From: Candidatus Obscuribacteraceae bacterium
GTDB lineage: Bacteria > Cyanobacteriota > Vampirovibrionia > Obscuribacterales > Obscuribacteraceae
Direction of reading: 5' to 3'
Length of the DNA stretch: 64,000 nt
Assembly: GCA_044226015.1 (NCBI GenBank)
Contig: JBGAHS010000002.1
Location: 625,571 to 689,570 of the forward strand
The translations under genes were made by a program, and so were the position numbers. Below the pieces are notes generated by a model that saw only the letters and a program-made list of their open reading frames with translations, was not told the origin of the DNA and made no database searches. Below, piece after piece: positions 1 through 8,936 of the stretch; within the stretch, counting starts at the first letter, position 1, and every line of letters starts with the position of its first letter.

Positions 1-7
1 TCCTTCC

Positions 8-1453
8 GTGCGCGATCTGGAGTTTGCTTATCAAGAAGCTTTCAAGAAAAAGGTCATTATTGAGATACCTTGGGGCGTAGAGCAGGGTCCTTCCTATGTC
101 GTTACGGTCATCACGGCTGCCGAGACAGTCTGGACCATGTTCGAAGGTGATAGCCCAAACGAAAATCCCATCTGGAAACATGCATCGAATGACGTGGGTT
201 TGATTCAGAGCCTGATAGATCAGGTCTGCCCCGACGAAGTAGCAGCGCCGGCTCCGACCCAGGTTGCCAACGCCGTCATCACAGGCAACCACCCTGTGGC
301 AATGGCACCAGCAGACCTCACAAAGGCGACTTTCCAGGGACGACTGGAAAACATGGCCATGCCAACACTGATTCAGTCCATCCAGATGTCCAAGATGTCT
401 GGGCGCTTGCAGCTTTTTGACCAGGGGCAGACGGCTCAAATTTACTTTTTTGATGGAAACCCAGTACATGCTTCCAACACCGATGGCATCGGGGACAATG
501 CCGTAGTCGAAATCATGACCTGGGAGCAGGGAGAGTTTCGTTTTTTCCCTGACGAACAGACTGAAGATCGCACCGTAAAACGTCGAGTGGACGGCATGAT
601 CATGGAAGGCATCACATTGCTTGACCAGATCAAATTCCTGCAAAACCAAGGATTAAAACCAGACTCCTTCCTGGTTCGGAAGGAAGCGAGAATCACACCC
701 GAGGAATTTAAGACCCGAGTCTCACGTGGCGCCCCCCTCGATATTGGCTCTCAGATGGCCATGTACGAACTTTGTGACGGACGCTCGCGCTGGCAAGATT
801 TGCTGACACGCAAACCCATGGGTAGAACCGAGTGGGTGCCGCTCATGTTTAACCTTGCAAGCTGCGGACTGATTAGCATTCAAGACCAATCTCCATTTGG
901 GGCACGCGCACAGGGCTTGCCCGGACAGGATATCGACCGAGCCATGATTGCAGGGGTGGTGAAAAATCTTGTTCGCCCGGAAACGGGTCTCTTCAATTAC
1001 CCTGCGCTGCTTTTCTTTATTGAGCGGGAGTTTTCAAAGTCGATGGCCTTCGGCATGCCCCTCTCTTTGATCGTTTTTGAATCGCGCATCATCCTCGGAG
1101 GCGATAACACCCCGCAGCCCCTGCCGATTCCAGCACTCAAAGAAATCGCGAACCGGGTAGAAGGCATGAAGCGCCCCTTCGACATTCTGGCGCATTACGA
1201 GACTTTTGATTTCGCACTTCTGCTCCCAGGTGCCACAGCAAAATCGGCAAGAATGTTCGCGCACAAGGTTGCCGAGTCTTTAATGAACGTGCCATTGATG
1301 CAAGGGCAGACACAGAGATTGCTGTTGGCTGGCGGTATTGCTAGCACTCCAGAAGACACCCAAGATATTGGCAGATTTTTGGCAGCCGCGAGAGAGGCAA
1401 AAAACAAGGCCAAAGAGGCTCGCGTACCCCTGAAATCCTTTGCTGAGCTGTAG
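8..1453 (+). CDS. DUF4388 (PatA-N-like) domain protein with C-terminal degenerate GGDEF-like domain; may extend 5' of the window
   Basis: FQGRLENMAMPTLIQSIQMSKMSGRL...IYFFDGNPVHA...WEQGEFRF is typical of DUF4388. The C-terminal ETGLFN...RPFDILAHYETFDFALLLP is GGDEF-like but lacks GG(D/E)EF. The frame is open to the window edge. Confidence 0.8.
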   Translation: MRDLEFAYQEAFKKKVIIEIPWGVEQGPSYVVTVITAAETVWTMFEGDSPNENPIWKHASNDVGLIQSLIDQVCPDEVAAPAPTQVANAVITGNHPVAMAPADLTKATFQGRLENMAMPTLIQSIQMSKMSGRLQLFDQGQTAQIYFFDGNPVHASNTDGIGDNAVVEIMTWEQGEFRFFPDEQTEDRTVKRRVDGMIMEGITLLDQIKFLQNQGLKPDSFLVRKEARITPEEFKTRVSRGAPLDIGSQMAMYELCDGRSRWQDLLTRKPMGRTEWVPLMFNLASCGLISIQDQSPFGARAQGLPGQDIDRAMIAGVVKNLVRPETGLFNYPALLFFIEREFSKSMAFGMPLSLIVFESRIILGGDNTPQPLPIPALKEIANRVEGMKRPFDILAHYETFDFALLLPGATAKSARMFAHKVAESLMNVPLMQGQTQRLLLAGGIASTPEDTQDIGRFLAAAREAKNKAKEARVPLKSFAEL

Positions 1454-1470
1454 TTCATGATTAAATCTGC

Positions 1471-1499
1471 TTGACATTGACAAGTGGTAGACGCATTAT
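1471..1499 (+). promoter_or_regulatory. Putative sigma70-type promoter
   Basis: TTGACA (1471-1476), 17-nt spacer, CATTAT (1494-1499), upstream of ORF 1626. Confidence 0.4.
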
Positions 1500-1625
1500 T
1501 GGAGCAAGGAACGGAAGGGTATGGTCTCAGCTACAAGCTCTCAGTGAGTGGCTAAGACTGCATCCTATCTTGCTCACCACCACATATTCGGTTTGGCAAT
1601 TTCTGTCGAAAAGGACAGCAGTTAA

Positions 1626-2291
1626 ATGTCTCAATGGCAATATGGAGACGGCTTTGGCGCAGTTTCACACCAATCAAATGGTGAAATGATGCAAAGTTGG
1701 AATCAAGAAAAGAATAATCTAAGAGCGCAAGCAGAAGCATGGGGTGCAACACCTCAAGCTAGCTCATTTCACTATGACGCCATGTCTCAGTACTGGCGAC
1801 ACGCTACGACGCCCGCCAACGCAGCGGCGGTAGTCGAGGCCCCACCTCTGGCACTGCGCTTCGAGCCGAACAAAGAGGAAGAAGCGCCCCTGGCGACTCG
1901 CGTAGAACTAGGGCATCACGACAGAGCAGAAAGTCTTCTCCGCAACGACGCGAAAGAGAACTTGTTCGCTGCAGCAAAAGATCAACCAAGCACACCGCTG
2001 AGTCGAATATACGACATACTCGACGTTCACAGCGCATCATCCAGATGGCTCGAACAACGAGGTTATCTCGAGGCTTTCAAGTCGCCCAATTGCACTCTCG
2101 ACCTCACTTTTGGAACTGACGGTAGCAAAGTCGGCGCCGTAGTGACAGCACCAGATGGATCGAAACGAACAGTTGTAGCAGCTGATGGCGGGGTTTCATT
2201 TCAGCGACTCACCGCTGCAAACGGGCAAGAACTGGTGAAGTTTTTGTCGAGCGGACAGATCGTAGAGCTGAACGCAAAGCACGTAGGGTAA
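1626..2291 (+). CDS. Hypothetical protein
   Basis: 221-aa ORF; its stop overlaps the next start (TAATG). Confidence 0.65.
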   Translation: MSQWQYGDGFGAVSHQSNGEMMQSWNQEKNNLRAQAEAWGATPQASSFHYDAMSQYWRHATTPANAAAVVEAPPLALRFEPNKEEEAPLATRVELGHHDRAESLLRNDAKENLFAAAKDQPSTPLSRIYDILDVHSASSRWLEQRGYLEAFKSPNCTLDLTFGTDGSKVGAVVTAPDGSKRTVVAADGGVSFQRLTAANGQELVKFLSSGQIVELNAKHVG

Positions 2292-3343
2292 TGCGCCGAC
2301 TTTTTTTCTGGGCTACAACGGCTATCTTAGCCTTCTTGTTCTACATCACAACTATTCGAGCTTCAGAGGCCGAAGCTGAGAAGGTTAAGCTAGAAGGCGT
2401 CTATTTCTTTGGCTATGAAGGCTTCAATATCAACGACCTTAGACAAACGTTTAGCTTAAAGAAAGGGACAATAGTCGATCTAAATGAATGGTTTCCGAAG
2501 AGAGTAAATGAGCTCAAGGCAGAAATCAAAACGATCACTGGAGCAGCAGCCACCGATATAGCCCTTATTCACACGGAGGAGGGGCAAATATTGTTCGTTG
2601 GAATTCCAGGTAAATCAAACTCTAAGCCTTCCGAACGAAACGCCATAGGCACAAAAGCTGTTGCCACTCCGGTTGAGATCAAGAGTGCATACGACCGAAT
2701 GATAGAGTTGCTCCCAAAAGCTGTAGCAAGGAAAACAAAAGAAGACGTCGAACAATTTGATGCTGCAAAAAATGAACTGAGAAGGCTATCTAGAGCGAAA
2801 CGCCCAGAGTTACTCGCAGCCTTAGACTCCTCAGAAAGCATAGACCGCGTTGTGGCAAGTTATGCGATAGGATTGGTGGCCGAAAAGCCAGAGGAATTAA
2901 ACGCCCTGGTGAGACTCTCCAACGATTCAGACAGCGTTGTCAGAAACAACTCGGCCCGAGAGCTAAGCGAGCTTCTGCAAGACCATCCAGAACTCGCTAA
3001 AGACATACCGGCATCCCCATTCATCACGATGTTGAATTCACCGACATGGACAGACAGAAACAAATCCGTATTTGTTCTAGAAAGACTCACACGCTCGCGG
3101 AGACCAGTCGTCCTGAAGGAAATGAGCGACAGAGCCCTTCCGTCGCTGAAAGAAATGTGCGATTGGCCGAGCGGATATTCAGAAACTGCAATTGAGTTGC
3201 TCGGGCGAATCGCTGGAATTCCAGAAGACCAACTGCTACAGATGTGCCAGAGGAATGACTCCAGTGCAGTAAAGAAGGCACTAGATTCCGCATTAGAAAA
3301 ACCGCCACATCATTCAAGCGCGAAAGAGGCAAGACAGAGATGA
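2291..3343 (+). CDS. Exported HEAT-repeat protein
   Basis: N-terminal hydrophobic signal; HEAT-like motifs LLAALDSSESIDRVVASYAIG and LVRLSNDSDSVVRNNSAREL. Confidence 0.75.
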   Translation: MRRLFFWATTAILAFLFYITTIRASEAEAEKVKLEGVYFFGYEGFNINDLRQTFSLKKGTIVDLNEWFPKRVNELKAEIKTITGAAATDIALIHTEEGQILFVGIPGKSNSKPSERNAIGTKAVATPVEIKSAYDRMIELLPKAVARKTKEDVEQFDAAKNELRRLSRAKRPELLAALDSSESIDRVVASYAIGLVAEKPEELNALVRLSNDSDSVVRNNSARELSELLQDHPELAKDIPASPFITMLNSPTWTDRNKSVFVLERLTRSRRPVVLKEMSDRALPSLKEMCDWPSGYSETAIELLGRIAGIPEDQLLQMCQRNDSSAVKKALDSALEKPPHHSSAKEARQR

Positions 3344-3906
3344 GCGAGCAACTTGGCACCATAAGCGACACCATTATCTCAATTACGCAGGGAGATATAA
3401 CAAAAGAAGAAATAGACGCAATCGTAAACGCGGCTAATTCAAGCCTTCTGGGTGGGGGAGGAGTCGACGGAGCCATCCATCGCGCCGGTGGTCCGCAGAT
3501 ACTTGAAGAGTGCAAAAAAATCAGGGCGGCACAGGGATCATGCGCAGCAGGCAAAGCAGTCACCACATCTGGTGGCAAACTCAAAGCAAAATGGGTAATA
3601 CACACGGTCGGTCCTGTCTGGCGGGGAGGCAACTCCAATGAACACATATTGCTCACCAACTGCTACAAAAATAGCCTTACAAGAGCAGTTGAGTCCGGAG
3701 CCAAATCAATAGCTTTTCCCTCAATTAGCACAGGTGCCTACGGATACCCGGTTGAAGAAGCATCGAAAGTGGCTGTAAAAGCCGTTGTCGAATTCATAAA
3801 AGAGCAGCCTGGGAAGCTTGGCGAGATTCGCTTTGTACTTTTCGACAACAAAAGCTTTGGCACATACAAAACAGAAGTGCAGTCCATAATGACTGCTGAG
3901 GCTTGA
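3340..3906 (+). CDS. ymdB: Macrodomain O-acetyl-ADP-ribose deacetylase (YmdB-like)
   Basis: GDIT, DAIVNAANSSLLGGGGVDGAIHRAGG, VIHTVGP and AFPSISTGAYGYP motifs; ATGA overlap with the upstream gene. Confidence 0.93.
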   Translation: MSEQLGTISDTIISITQGDITKEEIDAIVNAANSSLLGGGGVDGAIHRAGGPQILEECKKIRAAQGSCAAGKAVTTSGGKLKAKWVIHTVGPVWRGGNSNEHILLTNCYKNSLTRAVESGAKSIAFPSISTGAYGYPVEEASKVAVKAVVEFIKEQPGKLGEIRFVLFDNKSFGTYKTEVQSIMTAEA

Positions 3907-4184
3907 CACTGCTTTGAAAGGTTTCAACCCGAAATGGATTGTTCTGGCTGACTCAATCCATCGCTTCAACGCACCTTTTTGTTTGCTCTTTAGTTGCTTC
4001 ATTCTGTTTGGCGTCCGGCAGCGCAAATCTTGCACCAGGACTTCTGACAATACAAAAGATTTACCTGTCTTAGTGAATCAACGCGAATTCAAGCAACTAA
4101 GTAACTTTTCGGCTATGATTGCGCCTTCAACAAAGGTAGATGCGTGCGCTAGCATGCATCAGGCATGTCGAGGGGAAGAAAATT

Positions 4185-6911
4185 ATGCTGCAAGGGTTTA
4201 AGAAAAGCGTGCAGATTAATGCGACAAGAAAGAATCTTGCAATCAAAGTTAGTTCGCTGCTCATATTGAGCAATTCAATCAGCTCTTACTTTCCTACATA
4301 CGCTGCAGAGAGCACAGTAAGCAGCAGAGGTGATGTAAGCACTGCCAGTTCAGCTTCTCCTTACCGCTTGCCCACTAGCATCGTTCCAACAAAATACGAC
4401 TTGGAGTTTTCACCCGACCCTGCCGCTGGAAAGTTCACAGGCACTGCCGACATTGAATTGGACTTCAAAAAAGCGAACAAAGTCATTTTGATGAACACAA
4501 ATGACATGCAAATCTCCAGTGCATTTCTTGTAGACCCGAAGAGCAAGGAAAAGACTCCGCTGCAAGTCTCACAGGACAAGAAACTTGAACGAATTAGTTT
4601 CACCGCAGGCAAAGAAATAGCACCGGGTAAACATCATTTGCAATGTGAATTTTCTGGCAACCTGAACGACAAGCTAGTTGGATTTTACCGTTCTACATTC
4701 AAAGATTCATCGGGTAAAATCCATTACCTTGCCACCACACAAATGGAACCGACCGACGCCAGGCGCATGTTTCCTTGCTTTGATGAGCCAGCATTCAAAG
4801 CTGTGTTTAAGATAAAAGTCAAAACCGACAAAAACAACACAGCAATTTCGAATGCGGCGATGCTGAAAGAAACTGTCGAAGGCGACAAAAAAATAATAGA
4901 GTTCGAAGAGAGCAAACCCATGTCTAGCTATCTCGTGGCTCTTTGCGTAGGTGAGTTTAAGTCGACCGAGCCAGTTGAATCAGAAGGCATTCCCATTCGC
5001 GTATGGTCCGTACAACACGACCCAGCCATGGGAAATTATGCACGCGACAACGCAGCGAAACTTTTGAAATATTTGAACGCATACTTTGGCGCTCCCTATC
5101 CCTGGAAGAAACTTGACCTCATCGCCATACCAGACTTCCAGGCAGGAGCAATGGAAAACCCAGGCGCCATCACGTTCAGAGAGAAGTTTTTGTTAGCAGA
5201 CGAAAAAGATTCTGCCTTGAGTACAAAACAAGATATCGTCAGCATTATCGCTCATGAAATGGCGCATCTCTGGTTTGGAGACCTGGTGACAATGAAGTGG
5301 TGGGACGATATCTGGCTTAACGAAGCGTTTGCTACCTGGATGGCCGACAAAGCGACCAACAATGTGAAACCGGAGTGGAAGATCATTGAACAGTTCTTCA
5401 GCAAGAGACAAAGAGCTCTTCTCACAGACTCTCTGCATTCAACTCGTTCAATTCAAGCACCAGTTGAGAAACCGGAAGATGCTCATCAGATGTTCGATGA
5501 AATCACCTACGTTAAAGGTGCAGCAGTGCTCCGAATGCTGGAGTTTTTCCTTGGCGAGAAAACATTTCAGAATGGCGTGAGCGCTTATATCAAGCAGCAT
5601 TCATTTGGAAACGCTAGCACAAACGACCTTTGGTCTGCGCTAGATAAAGCTTCCGGAAAACGCGTCAAGTCAATCATGGACACATGGTGCAAACAACCAG
5701 GTTACCCGTTAATCAAGGTTAGTTCCAACAATGGCACATTCAATCTAGAACAAGAGCGCTTCTTCCTCGACGGCAGCAAGCCAAGTTCGCAGATTTGGCA
5801 AATTCCGTTAGGAACAAGAACACTCGCAAAGGCAGAAAAGGACTCAGAGCAAATAGTTCCAAAATACAATCTTCTGGACTCAAAAAATTCCAGCTTAAAA
5901 GCGGCAGAATCGAATACTTTCATCAATGCCGGCGGGCTTGGTTTTTACAGAACAAAGTATTCTGCTGACCTTGATCAGAAACTGAAAAATCAGATCGTAA
6001 TGATGAACTCAATCGAACGACTTTCCTTCCTTAGCGACCACGCCGCACTGTGTTTGGCAGGTAAGCTACCGGTTGGACAGCTGATGGAAGTCTTGAAGGC
6101 TTACAAATCCGAAACGAATTTTGTGGTGTGGGATTGCATTATTGATTCATTGCGAAAACTAGACCGATACATCACTGCAGAAGGTCGCCCCGGGTTCGCA
6201 AAATTTGTGCGCTTCCTTCTAAGTGATGAATACAAACGACTTGGCTGGGAATCTCATTCGGGAGAGCCAGAACCACTGAAGCTGGTCAGAGGGAACGTCA
6301 TCTCAATGCTAGGAACAATCGGTGAAGACACTGAAGTTATTGAAAAATCTCGCAAGGTATTCAACGATTACGCAAAAGACCCAGCAAGTACAAACCCGGA
6401 CGTTCTTGATGCGGCTGTTCATGTAGTGGCATACAACGGAACGCAAAAGGACTTCGACGAATTAAAACAGCTCTGGAAAAAAGCCGACAACCCGGAAAGA
6501 GAGCACCGAAACCTATTCGCACTCGCTTCTTTCAGGAAACCGGAATTGACCAAATCAGCTCTTGAGCTAACCTTGAGTAAAGAGGTTCGTATCCAGGACG
6601 CTCCAAAACTCCTTGCAGAGTTTTTCGACGACAGCACGACAAAGTTAGCAGCATGGTCATTCATGCGCAGTCACTGGCAACAAATAAAGAAAACATTTGC
6701 CCCAAGCATGTTGGCACGCCTGTCCGATGCTCCATCAAGTCTAGCAACCAGCGAGAACCTCAAGGAAGCAAACGCGTTTTTCAGTAGCAATAAGATTCCC
6801 GACGGGACGGCAAACATCAACAGAATGCTCGAAAAGGTAAAAATCAATAGCCAGTTTGCCGATCGCTCGGCCAAAGAGTTAAACACGTGGGCTAAGAAGT
6901 TCAATCAATAG
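4185..6911 (+). CDS. pepN: M1 family aminopeptidase with ERAP1-like C-terminal domain, probably exported
   Basis: GAMEN exopeptidase motif; HEMAH-X18-E zinc motif (WLNEAFA); EITYVKG; start placed at ATG 4185 after GAGGGG. Confidence 0.93.
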   Translation: MLQGFKKSVQINATRKNLAIKVSSLLILSNSISSYFPTYAAESTVSSRGDVSTASSASPYRLPTSIVPTKYDLEFSPDPAAGKFTGTADIELDFKKANKVILMNTNDMQISSAFLVDPKSKEKTPLQVSQDKKLERISFTAGKEIAPGKHHLQCEFSGNLNDKLVGFYRSTFKDSSGKIHYLATTQMEPTDARRMFPCFDEPAFKAVFKIKVKTDKNNTAISNAAMLKETVEGDKKIIEFEESKPMSSYLVALCVGEFKSTEPVESEGIPIRVWSVQHDPAMGNYARDNAAKLLKYLNAYFGAPYPWKKLDLIAIPDFQAGAMENPGAITFREKFLLADEKDSALSTKQDIVSIIAHEMAHLWFGDLVTMKWWDDIWLNEAFATWMADKATNNVKPEWKIIEQFFSKRQRALLTDSLHSTRSIQAPVEKPEDAHQMFDEITYVKGAAVLRMLEFFLGEKTFQNGVSAYIKQHSFGNASTNDLWSALDKASGKRVKSIMDTWCKQPGYPLIKVSSNNGTFNLEQERFFLDGSKPSSQIWQIPLGTRTLAKAEKDSEQIVPKYNLLDSKNSSLKAAESNTFINAGGLGFYRTKYSADLDQKLKNQIVMMNSIERLSFLSDHAALCLAGKLPVGQLMEVLKAYKSETNFVVWDCIIDSLRKLDRYITAEGRPGFAKFVRFLLSDEYKRLGWESHSGEPEPLKLVRGNVISMLGTIGEDTEVIEKSRKVFNDYAKDPASTNPDVLDAAVHVVAYNGTQKDFDELKQLWKKADNPEREHRNLFALASFRKPELTKSALELTLSKEVRIQDAPKLLAEFFDDSTTKLAAWSFMRSHWQQIKKTFAPSMLARLSDAPSSLATSENLKEANAFFSSNKIPDGTANINRMLEKVKINSQFADRSAKELNTWAKKFNQ

Positions 6912-6958
6912 ATTCAACAAGCAGGAAATGAGTTAAGGGACATAAGACTGATGTCTAC

Positions 6959-7074
6959 CAGTGGCGGCAACCAGAGACGGCAACCAAAGCTGAATCTAGG
7001 GGCAGCACCCAGAGGCGGCAACAGTGGCGGCAACCAGAGCCGAATCTAGAGGCAGCACCCTGACGCGGCGACCA
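6959..7074. repeat. Degenerate intergenic direct repeats
   Basis: CAGTGGCGGCAACCAGAG at 6959 and 7022; GAATCTAG(G/A)GGCAGCACCC at 6992 and 7042. Confidence 0.8.
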
Positions 7075-7234
7075 TAGGCAGAAATTAGTTGCTGCCAACC
7101 ACCCGGGAGTCCTGTCCCATATAGCTTTCCGGCATTTAATCATTTCGTCTGCAAAATTCAGGAACCAATTTTAAATTGGTTCGCCTAATTCCACGTGAGA
7201 GGCAGTTATCAAGAAAGGAATTGAGGATAGGTCC

Positions 7235-7393
7235 ATGGATAGCAAAGAAACAACAGTCAAAGCTGAGGTCAAAAAGACGGTGGAACTGGATTTGGCTCGC
7301 AACGCAAAAAACAACACTGTTTCTATGCAGAAGCCAACGTGCAAAGACGGTGTTTGCTCAATAACATGGAAGCCGATTAAACCGGCTGCTTAA
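7235..7393 (+). CDS. Small 52-aa protein with C-terminal CxxGVC motif (absent from the ORF track)
   Basis: GAGGA RBS upstream of ATG 7235; translates to MDSKETTVKAEVKKTVELDLARNAKNNTVSMQKPTCKDGVCSITWKPIKPAA*. Confidence 0.7.
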   Translation: MDSKETTVKAEVKKTVELDLARNAKNNTVSMQKPTCKDGVCSITWKPIKPAA

Positions 7394-7412
7394 GCTGAAT
7401 CTCAACAGGTTT

Positions 7413-7542
7413 GGCGATCTCATTTTCGACAAAACGAACTCAACGTGAATAAGTGGTTCGGGCGATAAGTAAGCATTATGCTAGAGGACTTTCCTCGGAA
7501 ATGAAATGATGCAGACAATGCGCAAACGAAAATGAGATCGTC
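7413..7542. ncRNA. Candidate structured RNA element, family unknown
   Basis: Perfect 14-bp inverted repeat CGATCTCATTTTCG (7415-7428) / CGAAAATGAGATCG (7527-7540) enclosing smaller hairpins, directly followed by a terminator. Confidence 0.35.
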
Positions 7543-7551
7543 ATCAAAGCT

Positions 7552-7595
7552 AATAGAGGTGCGTGAGAACTTAACCGTGCACCTCTATTTTTTTT
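7552..7595 (+). terminator. Intrinsic terminator
   Basis: AATAGAGGTGC...GCACCTCTATT stem followed by a T run. Confidence 0.8.
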
Positions 7596-7624
7596 CTTCC
7601 TAAACCCTGATTGTAGGCTCTGAA

Positions 7625-8092
7625 CTATTTGTCTTTGTTGCTAGGATTCATGCAACTGTGAATTGCGTTGTTCGACCTCACTAGCATCATAGGTTCATAA
7701 GCTGAACCACTGAGCTTCGCCCCCATCCAAACGGAATCATCAATATCGATAATCTTATATCGACCTTTCGATAACTCTTGCAGAGTTTCATTTACCCCGC
7801 CGACAACTGCACCCAGCCTGCTAGATGAGATGCTTTCAAATTCTTTCTCTAGCGGATTTTTTGCCGCAACGTGACGCCGAGCAAGCTCATAGTCCCAGGG
7901 CAGTGCGTGATTCATAAGCTCTTCTTTATCAGCCAAATAACTATATGCATCCCTTGCAAGTATTGCTGAGAGATCCTTCTCCTCTAAACCGAGTTCAGTC
8001 CCATTTCGTTCACGCGATTGATTCAATGCACCTTCATATGACTTGAGCAACTCCTTACAGAAATTTTCCACCAGCACTCGCTCCTCATGCAA
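7625..8092 (-). CDS. Hypothetical protein; start uncertain, possibly 5'-disrupted
   Basis: 155-aa ORF from TTG; an upstream in-frame ATG at 8140 is separated from it by a TAG at 8098-8096. Confidence 0.5.
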   Translation of the reverse strand: MHEERVLVENFCKELLKSYEGALNQSRERNGTELGLEEKDLSAILARDAYSYLADKEELMNHALPWDYELARRHVAAKNPLEKEFESISSSRLGAVVGGVNETLQELSKGRYKIIDIDDSVWMGAKLSGSAYEPMMLVRSNNAIHSCMNPSNKDK

Positions 8093-8235
8093 TACCTATA
8101 ATCCGTTGTCGTAACTGTAAAGGCGAACTCGTGATTTCATCGTGAATTTTGAGGAACGAGTGACGCTAGTACTGTCATTCCAGTTTTACAGCTCGAACAA
8201 GGTGTTAGAATTCAACCAGTTGCAAGATTAGTAAA

Positions 8236-8646
8236 TTGACCCAAAGCAAAAGACCAATTGGCAAACTGATTTCCCGCATTACTTGTGGGCTCCTCTTCGC
8301 AGCGGCGGGATTGAACCACTTCTGGAATCCCTCAATTTACTGCAAAATTATGCCAGCGTATCTTCCCTACCCTCTTGAGCTAGTCTACCTGAGCGGTGTC
8401 TGTGAAGTTCTTGGCGGACTGGGTCTTTTGATTCCACAGACAACTAATATGGCAGCCTGGGGTTTGCTTGCGCTGCTTCTGGCTGTTTATCCCGCCAACA
8501 TAAATATGGCAATGCATCCCGATATAACCCCCAAAATATCACCGCTCTTGTTGTACTTGAGGCTGCCGCTTCAGTTTTTATTGATGTATTGGGTCTGGAC
8601 ACTGAGAATCAGCGAAAACTCGATAAAGCAGAACATTGAAGATTAA
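8236..8646 (+). CDS. DoxX-like membrane protein
   Basis: AGLNHF...MP.YLP...LVYLSGVCEVLGGLGLL...YPANINMA...RLPLQ pattern. Confidence 0.85.
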   Translation: MTQSKRPIGKLISRITCGLLFAAAGLNHFWNPSIYCKIMPAYLPYPLELVYLSGVCEVLGGLGLLIPQTTNMAAWGLLALLLAVYPANINMAMHPDITPKISPLLLYLRLPLQFLLMYWVWTLRISENSIKQNIED

Positions 8647-8936
8647 ACTCGCATCCGCAGATCTCAGTAGGTTTCGTGTGGTGTAAGATTAGCTCTACAA
8701 AATTCATTTCTTGCTGAATCTGTCGGCTCATTCGATAGTTTCAACATCTTTTTTAGCTCGGACATTCGCAGCCTGTGCGAAGTATTCGGTCGTGCCTTGG
8801 ATTTGCATGGGGAAAATAATCATGGACGAAAAATCCAGCAAGTCCACAACCGAGCAATTATCGTTCGATTCCCACACGCTTAAAGAGATGGATGCCACCT
8901 GGACTGAAACGTATCTGCCCAAAAAGGAGAAACGAA

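Noticed and set aside
1502..1575. SRP RNA or a known riboswitch
   Set aside because: Lacks the SRP GNRA tetraloop with CAGG/AGCA internal loop, and has no aptamer consensus I recognise
7413..7542. Retron msr-msd
   Set aside because: No reverse transcriptase ORF in the window; kept only as a generic structured element
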